Assembly: GCF_036971445.1 (NCBI RefSeq)
Contig: NC_091470.1
Span: forward strand, 187,736,001-187,800,000
Reading direction: 5' to 3'
DNA from: Narcine bancroftii
Lineage: Eukaryota
Length of the DNA stretch: 64,000 nucleotides
Shown: piece after piece, positions 1 to 12,289 of the stretch
How positions within the stretch are numbered: position 1 is the stretch's first letter
Layout of the letters: each line of letters opens with the position of its first letter
Notes under the pieces: generated by a model
Told to the model about the DNA's origin: nothing
Seen by the model: only the letters and a program-made list of their open reading frames with translations
Databases searched by the model: none
Program-made: the position numbers and the translations under genes

Positions 1-290
1 GAGTTTTGCCGCCAGCCTTCCAGACTTCTGGGGGGATTCCATCCATACCTGCTGCTTTGCCACTTTTCAGTTGTTCGATTGCCTTATATGTCTCATCCAG
101 GGTGGGAACCTCATCCAGCTCTAGCCTTAGGGGCTGTTGAGGGAGCTGGAGCAGGGCGGAATCTTGGACTGAGCGGTTGGTACTGAAAAGAGATTGGAAG
201 TGTTCTGACCATCGGTTGAGGATGGAGATCTTGTCGCTGAGGAGGACTTTGCCGTCTGAGCTGCGCAGCGGGCTTTGGACTTGGGGTCCA
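1..290 (-). mobile_element. RTE-clade LINE ORF2 fragment, truncated by the window edge
   Basis: Minus strand reads VPTLDETYKAIEQLKSGKAAGMDGIPPEVWKAGG, the KAxGxDGIPxE region at the start of the RT domain of RTE/BovB-type LINEs. Confidence 0.75.
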
Positions 291-740
291 AATAGTGTTG
301 CGCTAACCATACTACCCCATGCAGGTAATGTGGGAAATGCAGCAGTTAAATTTGAAAAGAGGAAGGTTTAATAAATAGTGACATGATAATGGGCACATAC
401 TCTGGTGATGTTAATTGAGGGATAAATGTTAGCCAAGCCAAGGTCCTTGACATTCCTCCTTTTAAGATTGGACTTTTACATTCACCTGAAATGGCAGGCA
501 ACCCCACAGTTTAACATCTCATCTGAAAGACTTTGTCTCCAATTACCCGACACATGATCTACTCCACTGAACTGCTGGCCATGATTTTCGTGCTTGTTTC
601 CCCAGGGAGGCATTTGAACCAATAACTTAATCTCACTTAAAAGTGCTGCTATCTGAACCACAGCTGACCATTAATATAAAGGGGACTCTGTGGAAATGCA
701 GTTTCAAAATAGTAATATCTGAATTACTGTATATTTTAGC

Positions 741-2928
741 CATATCACCATATACAGCACAGAACAGGCCAGTTCGGCCCTACTAGTCCATGCCGGAACA
801 AATTCCCACCCTCCTAGTCCCACTGACCAGCACCTCGTCCATACCCCTCCAATCCTCCCCCCTCCATGTAATTATCCAGTCTTTCCTTAAACGTAAATAA
901 TGTCCTTGCTTCAACCACCCCTGCCGGAAGCTTATTCCACATCCTAACCATCCTTTGCGTGAAGAAATTGCCCCTCATGTTCCCCTTATAATTTTCCCCC
1001 TGCAATCTCAAACCATGGCCTCTGGTTTGAATATCTTCCACTCTTAATTGAAAAAGCCTATCCACGTTGGCTCTCTCTGTCCCTTTTAAAATCTTGAACA
1101 CCTCCATCAAATCCCCCCTCAATCTTCTATGCTCCAGAGAAAAAAGCCCCAGGCTGCTTAACCTTTCTCTGTAACTCAAACCCTAACATCCTGTCCACAT
1201 TCTCGTGAACCTTCTCTGCACTCTCTCTATTTTGTTTATATCCTTCCTATAATTCGATGACCAAAACTGCACACAGTATTCCAAACTTGGGCTCACCAAT
1301 GCTTTGTACAATTTCATCATAACATCCCAACTCTTGAATTCAATACTCCGATTGATGAAGGCCAACATTCCAAATGCCTTCTCACCACTCTATCTACCTG
1401 AGTATCAACTTTGAGGGTACTATTTACCATAACTCCTAAATCTGCACTCCTCAATTGTCTACCATTCAATGTATAGGACCTATTTAGATTTGCTTTTCCA
1501 AAATGCAACACTTCACACTTATCCGTATTAAATTCCATCAGCCATTTCTCAGCCCACTCCTCTAGCTTTCCTATATCTCTTTTTAAGCCAAGGTAATCTT
1601 CCTGACTGTCCACAATACCACCAATCTTTGTATCATCTGCAAACTTACTTATCCAATTTACCACCCCTTCTTCCAGATCGTTAATATATATAACAAACAA
1701 TAGTGGACCCAGGACCGATTCCTGAGGAACTCCACTAGTCACCAGTCTCCAATTGGACAAACAATTATCTACCACTACTCTCTGACACCTCCCATCCAAC
1801 CAGTGCTGAATCCATTTCACTACATCCTTACTTATACCTAATGCCTCCACCTTTTTTCCTAACCTCCTGTGGGGAACTTTGTCAAAAGCCTTACTAAAGT
1901 CTAAATAGACAAAATCCACAGCCTACCCTTCATCAATCTTTTTTGTAACCCCCTCGAAAAACTCTATAAGGGTTGTTAAGCATGATCTACCCGACAAAAC
2001 CATGCTGACTACTACCTATCAATCTTTGTTCTTCCAAATATTTGTAAATGTCATCCCTCAGAACACTTTCCATCAACTTACCCACCACAGACGTCAGACT
2101 CACAGGTCTATAATTTCCAGGTTGGACCCTTTCTTAAACAGCGGAACAACATGAGCCATCCTCCAATCCTCTGGCACTACCCCCATAACCAGTGACATCC
2201 TAAATATCTCTGTTAATGGCCCCACTATCCGTACACTGAGTGTGCAGAGTCTCCCTGAGTGTCTTTGGGAATACTTTGGCTGGACCCAGAGATTTATCCA
2301 CCTTTACCTTTTTTAACACTGCCATCACTACCTCCTCAGTTATCCTTATATGATTCATGACCTCCCCACTATTTTTCTTTACTTCAACTGGTACAATTTT
2401 TTTTCCCCTAGTGAATACCAAGAAATAATTTAAAATTTCCCCCATCTCCTCTGACTTTTCACATAGCCTACCCTCCCTATCTACAAGGGGTCCAATTTTT
2501 AATCCCTCACTAATCTTTTACTTTTAATGTACCTATAGAAACCCTTTGGATTTATTCTTACTCTGCCTGCCAAAGCCTCTTCGTGCTTCTTTTTGGCCTT
2601 TCTAATTTCTTTCTTAAGATTTTTACTACACTCCTTGTAGTCCTCTTTCAATTTCTCATCACCCTGCTGTTTATACCTCTTGTACACCTCCCTCTTTCTC
2701 CTAATCAAATTTCTAATATTTCTCGAAAACCAAGGCTCCCTATGACTTCCAGCCTTTCCTTTGATCCTCACTGGGACATATCTACTCTGTACTCTCAAAA
2801 TTTCTTCTTTGAATATTCTCCATTTTTCATTTACATCCTTTCCTGAAAAAAATCATGTCCCACTCAAAACTCACCAAAGCCATTCTCATTCCTTCGAAAT
2901 TTGCTTTTCTCCAATACAGAACCTCAAC
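741..2928 (-). mobile_element. CR1 LINE, 3' half (RT and C-terminal part of ORF2), degenerate
   Basis: ORF pieces YLDFSKAFDKVPH, SGVPQESVLGPLLFVIYINDL, KFADDTK, LGLFSLEHRRLRGDL and RGNFFTQR; several frameshifts. Confidence 0.92.
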
Positions 2929-5900
2929 ATTTTTTTTTCACACTATAAACCACATTGATCAAGATACATACATTTTTCTTTTCAAATATATAGTGTCATT
3001 TTCTCCTCCCCCCTTCCTCTTCCCATCCCACCCTCCCTACCTCACCTCCCATTCATTTAAAGTACAGAATCTAAGATACATTAAACCCGTCAAACAATGT
3101 TGTCACTCAATAAAAATAAACAAGAAATTCCACTGAGTCAATTCTTTTCATTTCCTTCTCTTTCTGTCATTTTAGGTGGTAGATGTCCCTGGTAGGTTTT
3201 CTCTATAGTGTTTCATGTATGGCTCCCATATTTGTTCAAATATTGTAATATTATTTCTTAAATTATATGTTATTTTTTCTAATGGAATACATTTATTCAT
3301 TTCTATATACCATTGTTGTATTCTCAAGTTATCTTCTAATTTCCAGGCTGACATAATACATTTTTTTGCTACGGCTAGAGCTATCCTAACAAATCTTTTT
3401 TGTGCACCATCCAAATCAAGTCCAAATTCTTTGTTTTTTATGTTACTTAGGAGGAAGATCTCTGGGTTTTTTTGGTATATTGCTTTCTGTGATTTTATTT
3501 AATATCTGGTTTAGATCTTCCCAAAATTTTTTCACTTTCTCACACGTCCAGATTGCATGAATTGTTGTTCCCATTTCTTTTTTACAACGAAAACATCTGT
3601 CAGATACTGTTGGGTCCCATTTATTTAACTTTTGAGGTGTAATGTATAGCCTGTGTATCCAGTTATATTGTATCATAATGTAACCTCGTGTTTATTGTAT
3701 TTCTCATAGTTCCAGAGCATAATTTCTCCCATGTTTCCTTCTTTATGTTTAAATCTTGTTCCCATTTTTGTTTAGCTTTACCATTTGTTTCCTCATTCTC
3801 CTTTTCTTGCAGTTTAATATACATATTTGTTATAAATTTTTTGATTATCATTGTATCTGTAATCACATATTCAAAGTTACTTCCCTCTGGTAACCTCAGA
3901 CTGCTTCCCAATTTGTCCTTCAAGTAGGATTTCAGTTGGGTGTATGCCAACACTGTATCTTGAGTTATATTATATTTATCCTTCATTTGTTCAAAGGATA
4001 GGGATTTATTTACTGAAAAGCAATTTTCTATTCTTTTGATCCCTTTTTTCTCCCATTCTCTAAAGGAAAGGTTATCTATTGTAAAAGGGATTAGCTGATT
4101 TTGTGTCAGTATTAGTTTTGGTAATTGATAATTTGTTTTATTCCTTTCCACATGAATCTTCTTCCAAATATTGAGCAGATGATGTAATACTGGAGAATTC
4201 CTACGTTGTACCAATTTTTCATCCCATTTATATATGTTCAGGTATCTTCTCCCCTATTTTATCTAGTTCTAATCTAGTCCAATCTGGCTTTTCCCTTGTT
4301 TGATAAAAATCTGATAGGTATCTTAATTGTGCAGCTCTATAATAATTTTTAACATTTGGCAGTTGTAAGCCTCCTTGTTTATACCATTCTGTTAATTTAT
4401 CTAGTGCTATCCTCGGTTTCCCCCCTTTCCATAAAAATTTCCTTCTTATTTTCCTTAACTCCTTGAAGAATTTCTCTGTCAAGTGTATTGGCAATGCCTG
4501 AAATAGATATTGTATCCTTGGGAAAATGTTCATTTTAATACAGTTTATCCTTCCTATTAGTGTTAGTGGTAAGTCTTTCCAATGCTCTAAATCGTCCTGT
4601 AATTTTTTTCATTAGTGGATAATAATTGAGTTTATATAGATGGCCGAGATTTTTATTTATTTCTAGGTATCGTATTGCTTGCATTTGCCATCTGAATGGT
4701 GATTCTTTCTTAAATTTTGAGAAATCCGCATTATTCATTGGCATTGCTTCACTTTTATTTGCGTTAATCTTGTAACCCGACACTTCTCCATATTCCTTCA
4801 ATTTCTTATGTAATTCTTTTATTGATATTTCTGGTTCTGTTAAGTATACTATAACGTCATCTGCAAATAAACTGATTTTATATTCCTTGTCTTTTATTTT
4901 TATCCCTTTTATTTTATTTTCTGTTCTTATCAATTCTGCTAGTGGTTCTATAGCTAACGCGAACAATAAGGGCGATAGTGGGCATCCCTGCTTAAGTTAA
5001 ATTGCTTTGATATATATCCATTTTACTGTCACTTTCGCCAATGGCCCCATATATAATGCTTTAATCCAATTAATATATTTCTCTGGTAAACTGAATTTTT
5101 GTAGTACTTTGAATAAATAATTCCATTCTACTCTGTCAAAGGCCTTCTCTGTGTCTAAAGCAACTGCTACTGTTGGAGCTTTATTCCCTTCTACTGCATG
5201 AATTAAGTTGATAAATTTACAAATATTGTCTGTTGTTCGTCTTTTTTTTAATAAATCCAGTTTGGTCTAGATTTACTATTTTAGGTACATAGTCGGCTAA
5301 TCTGTTTGCTAATAGTTTAGCTATTATCTTAAGTAAAGATATTGGTCTATATGACGCTGGTGCGAGTCGATCTTTCCCTGTCTTTGGTATTACTGTAATT
5401 ATTGCTGTTTTGCATGAATCTGGAAGGTTTGTGTTTTATCAATCTGGTTGATTACTTCCAGGAGGGGAGGAATTAATAAATCTTTAAATGTTTTATAGAA
5501 TTCTATTGGGAATCCATCCTCTCCTGGTGTTTTATTATTCGGTAGTTTTTTATTATTTCTTGTATTTCTACTATTTCAAATGGTTATGTTAATTTATTTT
5601 GTTCCTCTATTTGTAATTTTGGTAGTTCAATTTTAGTTAGAAATTCATCTATTTTCCCTTCTTTCCCTTCGTTTTCAGTTTGGTATAATTGTTCGTAGAA
5701 TTCTTTGAAGTTTTCATTAATCTCCGTTGGATTATATGTGATTTGTTTGTCTTTTTTCCTTGATGCCAATACCATTCTCTTAGTTTGTTCTGTCTTAAGC
5801 TGCCATGCTAGAATTTTGTGCGTTTTTTTCTCCTAGTTCATAATATTTCTGTTTTGTCTTCATTATGTTCTTCTCCACCTTATATATTTTATTTTTTTTA

Positions 5901-8745
5901 TCTGCCAATTCTCTTCTTTTAGTTGTATCTTCCTTCATTACTAATTCTTTTTCTATATTTACTATTTCCCTTTCCAACTGCTCTGTTTCCTGATTGTAGT
6001 CCTTCTTCGTCTTGGTTACATAACTTATTATTTGCCCTCTGATGAACGCTTTCATTGCGTCCCATAGTATAAACTTATTTTTCACTGATTCCGTATTTAT
6101 TTCAAAATACATTTTAATTTGTCTTTCAATGAATTCTCTAAAATCCTGCCTTTTAAGTAGCATGGAATTTAATCTCCATCTATACATTCTTGGAGGGATG
6201 TCCTCTAACTTTATTATCAATATTAAGGGTGAATGGTCCGATAATATTCTAGCTTTATATTCTGTTTCCCTAACTCTGTCTTGCATACGAGCTGATAACA
6301 AAAATAGGTCTATTCTTGAGTATGTTTTATGTCTAGCCGAGTAATATGAATATTCCTTTTCCTTTGGGTGTTGTTTCCTCCATATATCCAAAAGTTGCAT
6401 TTCTTGCATCGATTTAATTATAAATTTGGTTACTTTGTTCTTTCTGTTAATTTTTTTCCCAGTTTTATCCATGTTTGAATCCAAATTAAGGTTGAAATCC
6501 CCTCCTATTAGTATGTTCCCTTGCGTGTCTGCTATCTTCAAAAATACATCTTGCATAAATTTTTGATCTTCTTCGTTAGGTGAATATACATTGAGTAAAT
6601 TCAAAAACTCCGAATACATCTGACATTTTATCATTACATATCTCCCTGCTGGATCTATTATTTCCTTTTCTATTTTAATTGGTACATTTTTACTGATTAA
6701 TATAGCTACTCCTCTAGCTTTTGAATTATATGACGCTGCTGTTACATGTCCTACCTAATCTCTCTTTAACTTCTTGTGCTCCATTTCAGTTAAGTGTGTT
6801 TCTTGCACGAATGCTATATCAATTTTTTCTTTTTTCAGTAAATTTAGCAGCTTCTTCCTTTTGATTTGGTTATGTATTCCGTTAATATTTAAAGTCATAT
6901 AGTTCAACATAGCCATTTCATACTTTGTTTATCTTTCCTTTCCGTTTCCTCATCATCACCTTTCCTTCTTATCCATTTCTGCTTTCTTGTTTTGAACACT
7001 TTATAAGACAACATTTCTAAAACATCAAACATTTCCCTTATTCTCCTATCTAAAATTTCTTTAACCCCACTAACCCCTCCCCTTCCTGAGTTGCCCTTTA
7101 TCGCTTGTCAGGCAACCACATCTCCCCTCTCCATTTGGATTTGCGAATTCACTTGCAAGCGTCAACTGATTTAGCAGTGACCGTAACTCCTCCCCACCCA
7201 GCCCCCCCCAGAAAAGATTTCAATTTTCATATATAACAAAGGTCACTCTCTTAATTCCCTCCTTACTTCCTCTCTTCCCTTTCATTCCCTTATTAATTCT
7301 TATCTATACTCTATATATTTTCCTTTAAATATGGATACACTCATGTACACACATATATACATACACACATACATATAGTTCATGGTCATTTTTAGTCTCG
7401 TTACATGTTTTAATCTCTCTGCCTGTTTTGTAGTTGTTCTGCAAATTTTCGTGCTTCCTCCGGATCCGAGAATAGTCTGTTTTGCTGCCCTGGAATAACT
7501 ATTTTAAGTACCACTGGGTACTTTAGCATAAATTTATATCCTTTTTTCCATAGGATCGATTTTGCTGTATTAAACGCCTTTCTCTTCTTCAGGAGTTCAA
7601 AACTTATGTCTGGATAGAAAAAATTTTTTTGACCTTTGTATTCCAGTGGCTTTTTGTCTTCTCTTATTTTCTTCATTGCTTTCTCCAATATATTTTCTCT
7701 TGTTGAATTTCTTAAGAATTTTACTAAAATGGATCTTGGTTTTTGGGCTATTGTTCTATGTGCCCTTTCTATTTCCATTTCTTCCTGTAATTCTGGTCTT
7801 CCTAGGACCCTGGGGATCCAATCTTTTATAAATTCTCTCATATTCTTGCCTTCTTCATCTTCCTTAAGGCCCACTATCTTTATATTATTTCTTCTATTAT
7901 AATTTTCCATTATATCTATCTTCTGAGCTAACAGCTCTTGTGTCTCTAACTTTTTTATTAGATTCTTCTAATTTCTTTTTTAAGTCCTCTACTTCCATTT
8001 CTATGGCTGTTTCTCATTCTTCCACCTTGTCCACTCTTTTTCCTATATCTGACATGACCATCTCTATTCTATTCATTTTTTCTTCTGCACTTTTAATTCT
8101 TCTTTTTATTTCACTAAATTCTTGTAATTGCCATTCTTTTACTGATTCCATATATTCTTTAAAAAAAATATCCATTGTCTTCCCTTTCTCTTCTTCTTCC
8201 ATTTCTCTATGTTCTTCTTCTTTTTCTTCCTCTGGATTGGTCATCTGTTGTTTCCTTGTTTTCTTTTTACTCTCTTTCTTGTTCTCGTTGTTTTCTATGT
8301 TCTCTTCCTGTTGTGGTGTTGCAGCTGTCATTCTCAGTTGTGGAGATCAACTCCTCAGCTGGTCCCCCCTCCCGTCAGTGTTTTTTTTTCATGCGCATCG
8401 CACATGCGCTACTCCTCATGCATGCACGGTTGCGCACTTTTACTTGGCTCCGCGAGCCATTTTTGTAGTCCTGAGCTCGGGACTTCCACTGACCTTAGGG
8501 AGCGGGCTTCTCTCTCCGCAGTGGGCCTCCTCAAACAGGTAAGGCCTTCACCTTCTTCTTCCGACGTTCTTTCTTCTTCCCGTTGCTTTCGACTTTTCTT
8601 TCTTCGCTGCCATTTTCTTCCCACCTTTACTTTCACTTTGTTTTAATTTTTATTCTTGCGCCTTTGTGTTTTGTGTATTTTTTTAAAACTTTTCCGGAGA
8701 GGGCTGGAGTTCCCTGACCGGCCACTACTCCATCACGTGACTCCT
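2929..8745 (-). mobile_element. Full-length L1/Tx1-clade LINE, copy 1 (ORF1, spacer, EN-RT-CCHC ORF2), disabled by frameshifts
   Basis: ORF1 NRRNNIKIVGLKE and FYPDIS; endonuclease GGDFN and SDHSP; RT SLFADDV; knuckle CFRCKKEMGTTIHAIWTC; poly(T) 2930-2938; 12-bp TSD CAGAACCTCAAC at 2917-2928 and 8746-8757. Confidence 0.95.
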
Positions 8746-10830
8746 CAGAACCTCAACTTTAGGCCCTTCTTTGCTCTTCCCTAAAACTACACTAAAACTA
8801 ATAGAGTTGTGATCACTAGACCCAATTTGTTCTCCAACATTAACCTCAGACACCTGACCTATCTCATTCCCTAACGGGAGATCCAGTATTACACCGTCCC
8901 GAGTTGGTTCCTCGACGTATTGATTAAGAAAACTATCTTGCACACATTTGACAAACTCTAGCCCATCCAGCCCTATTTCTGTATGGGTATCCCAATCAAT
9001 GTGAGGGAAGTTAAAATCTCCCATGATCACTACCTTATGTTTATTACACATATATGCTATCTCCTTGCAAATTTGTTCTTCCAATTTTCTTGGCCCATTT
9101 GGTGGTCTATAATGCATTCTTATTAGTACCCTCATGCCTCCTCCACCCCTCAATTCCACCCAAACAGCCTCACTGGACGATCCCTCCAAACCATCCTGCC
9201 ACCTCATGGCAGTTATGTCCTCCTTAACAAGCAGAGCAACTCCTCCCCCTTTTTTACCCCCTATTCTATCACATCTAAAACATTTGTATTCTGGAATATT
9301 TAGTTCCCAGTCCTGACCCTCCTGTAACCAGGTCTCACTAATTGCCACAACAAGTGCTAATCCATGCTCTAAGCTCATCTACCTTTTTCACTATGCTTCT
9401 TGCATTAAAGTACACGCATTTCAGAGAATGACCCTCACATATATTCCCTATTCTACCTTTTACCTTAACCTCCATCCTTCCTTTGTTATCTTTATCATTC
9501 TTAACTAGGTGGCCATGCACCCTAGACACTGCTTGCAAACTCTGCTCCCCACCCCCCTGCCAAACTAGTTTAAACCCTCCCCCACAGCTCTAGCAAATCT
9601 GCTTGCCAGGATATTGGTCCCCCTCCAGTTCAAGTGGAGTCCATACCTTTTGTACAAGTTCGACTTTCCCTAGAAGGGATCCCAATGATCCAAAAATCTT
9701 ATCCCCTGCCCCCTGCACCAGCTCTTTAGCCACGCATTCATCCTCCTATTTCTACCCTCTCAAACGCGTGGCACCAGCAGCAGTCCAGAGATTACTACCT
9801 TAGAGGTCCTGTTTTTTAACTTCCTGCCTAATTTTATGTATTCCTGTTTCAGGACCTCATCCCCACTTCTAACTAAGTCATTGGTCCCCACATAGAACAT
9901 TAAAGCACAGAACAGGTCCTTCAGCCCTCGATGTTGTGCCAACCCATATACAAAAAGTACTAAAGCCTTCCAGCCTTGTAACGCTCTTTTTTTCTTGTGC
10001 CCAAGAGACTCTTGTGACAGAGTATTTTGAAGTGGTTTAGATGGACCACGACTTCTGGCTGCTCACCTTCCCCTTGCAGAATTCTGTGAACTCAATCAGA
10101 GAAATCCCTGACCCTAGCACCAGGGAGACAACAGACCAACCTGGATCCCCAATCTCATCCAACAAACCTCCTATCTGTCCCTCTGACAAGTGAGTCCCCA
10201 ACCACAATTATCCTGTTCTTGTCCCTCCTTCCCTTCTGAGCCTCAGGGGCAGCCCCTGTGCCAGAGACCTGACCCCCACAACTCATCCCTGGTAGGCTGC
10301 TTCCCCCAGCAGTATCCAATGCCAAATACATGTTGCTGAGGGGCACTTCCACAGGGGTACTCTGCACTGGCACTCTCCCTCCTTTCCTTATGGTCACCCA
10401 ATTCCCTGACTCCTGACTGTCTCCCTGTAACTCCTCTCTATCACTACCTCTGCTTCCCTTATGATCCTCAGTTCATCCAATTGTAACTCAAGCTCCCTAA
10501 CACGGTCACTCATTATATGCAATTGGATGCACCTTTTGCAGGTGTAATCATCAGGTACAGCTGTGCAGTCTCTGATTTCCACACATCCCACAATTGGAGC
10601 ACTTAACTACCCCAACTGACTCCATTACCTCCCTTCTCAATGTATATAGGTTATTTAAAAAGAAAAACTAAACAAATAATACTAAAAGACTAACCAAAAA
10701 GGACACCTTACCACACAGGGAGCTCCTTCTTACCGAAGTCCCTCAAGCCCAAGTCTCCACTCCTTCACTGCCCCACTCCTCACTGGCCGCTCCCTCCCCT
10801 TTTTACTCCTTTTTATCGACCCTTTGACCA
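8746..10830 (-). mobile_element. CR1 LINE, 5' half (ORF1 with Zn finger and SGNH esterase motif; ORF2 endonuclease)
   Basis: YTCKRCIQL, IVVGDSLVRGTDRRF, YFNARSI, ISETWL, MGDFNFP and GSSDHN. The frame KVEVL continues as YWRKANF on the far side of the L1 insertion. Confidence 0.9.
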
Positions 10831-11960
10831 ATTAACCCCGTCACTTTCACCAAGCTCCTCCGACTGGATAAATTTTACTGGATACATTATACAAGATTGC
10901 AGGATACATTTAAAGATTGGTCAATCCAAGAAACAGATTGTGCCAAAGACTCTAAGTAAATGTCAGTCATAGAGAATGCATTGTTTTATCACTTTGTTCC
11001 TGCCTGTGGCAGATTCATTGCTCTTCAGTTTGGGACATTTTCTAATATCAAATTCTCTGTCACTGGCCTTGTGCACTGCCAAGTAAGGCCAGCTGCAAAT
11101 TGGAGGAACAACACCTTGTATTCCACCTTGGCAGTCTCCAATCAAATGGCATCAGTATTAACAGTTCTGTTAACCCCTTCCCCCAGCTCTCTTGTTACCT
11201 CATCTCCCTGTCTTCCTCCCTCCAGCTCCTCACCTCCTTTCTTTTTTTTAAATTTTTTTATTTTTTTATTCGATGAACCATACTGACCAAAATACACACA
11301 AACATTTCCCTCTTGAATATAATTTTAAAACATTTTTTGGGGGATACAGCGCGGTTACAGGCCATTTTACATCCCATTAGCCTACAACTCCCGGGGGGGG
11401 GGGGGGAACTGATGCGGGGAGACACGTGCAAACTCCTTACAGGCAGCGCGGGATTCGAATCCTGATACCAATCGCTGGCACGCCAAACTGTGCCGCCCCG
11501 ATGAGCCGATACTCGGTCTTCCCAGGGTTGTTTGGCAGGACAACTTTGTTGAGGGTGATGGAAGCCTCCAGAGGGCCCCCTTCGGCCTCAATGAACCCGA
11601 TTGCTGGGATCCTCAAAATGCATCCCCGAAACCTCTGCACTAAAATGCAAAATACTGGACTAAATCTTTAAAATATATATATTAATTACATCTGCAGTCT
11701 GCCAGCATCCTATGCACAATTTGTTTTTCCTGTCAAACGTGCATATAGGGCCACCCACTGGGGATGGATGTGGGAGAAGAACTTGCAAACTCCACACCGA
11801 CAGCACAGAAGGTCGGGATCGAACCCAGAGCTGCGACGGGGGGTGGGGGGATGGTGCACCGAACGAGCCTGCAGCGCTGCGAGCAAAGGCCTGTGCATGG
11901 CTAGCAGTACAAGATGGGTTGAACCGCCGGGGGGGGCGCGGTGGCGGGAGGTGGTCTCAC

Positions 11961-12027
11961 CTGCTGCGAAGGACAGGCCGGTCAGCAGCAGCAGCGACAG
12001 AGCGAGCGGATAAGCGGCAGCGGCCAT
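11961..12027 (-). CDS. First coding exon (signal peptide) of an unidentified gene; B2M or MHC class I candidate; downstream exons not found in the window
   Basis: Kozak-like GGC-ATG-G; 22 codons MAAAAYPLALSLLLLTGLSFAA plus 1 nt; consensus donor CAG|GTGAGA; CpG-rich context; immune-type promoter just upstream. Confidence 0.75.
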
Positions 12028-12069
12028 GCCCGAGTCCGGGTCCGGATGCGCCGACTCCGGAGCGGCTGC

Positions 12070-12235
12070 TTTTGCTTTCACTTTCCCCTTCGCGCACCCT
12101 GTGATTTCTCGGAACTGTGGCAGGGCGGGAGGCAGACGAGGCCGTGACCGAGACGGGGAATTCGGACTCTCGGCTGGAAATCCCCCGCAGAGACAAAGCG
12201 GATTAAACACGGTTGCAGGTGCAAGACTTTCCCCT
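12070..12235 (-). promoter_or_regulatory. Interferon/NF-kB-type promoter: ISRE, GAS, GC box and kB sites
   Basis: GAAAGTGAAAGC (minus strand, 12074-12085), TTCTCGGAA (12106-12114), GGGCGG (12123), GGAAATCCCC (12176-12185), kB-like AGACTTTCCC (12224-12233). Confidence 0.7.
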
Positions 12236-12289
12236 CGGATCTAACTCATTGTCAAGATCACACGCTCCACCCCCCAACCCCGGACTCTC

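Noticed and set aside
7636-8646. Hydrophobic Phe/Ser-rich plus-strand ORFs (also 46294-46875)
   Set aside because: They are antisense readings of the A-rich L1 ORF1.
11340-11900. tRNA-like B-box motifs (GGATTCGAATCC; also near 13530, 29475, 33810, 36170 and 61100)
   Set aside because: They are heads of degenerate tRNA-derived SINEs, and no complete cloverleaf is present.
11961-12027. Assigning the symbol B2M or TAPBP to the leader exon
   Set aside because: A signal peptide alone is not diagnostic, and no mature-domain exon was found in the window.
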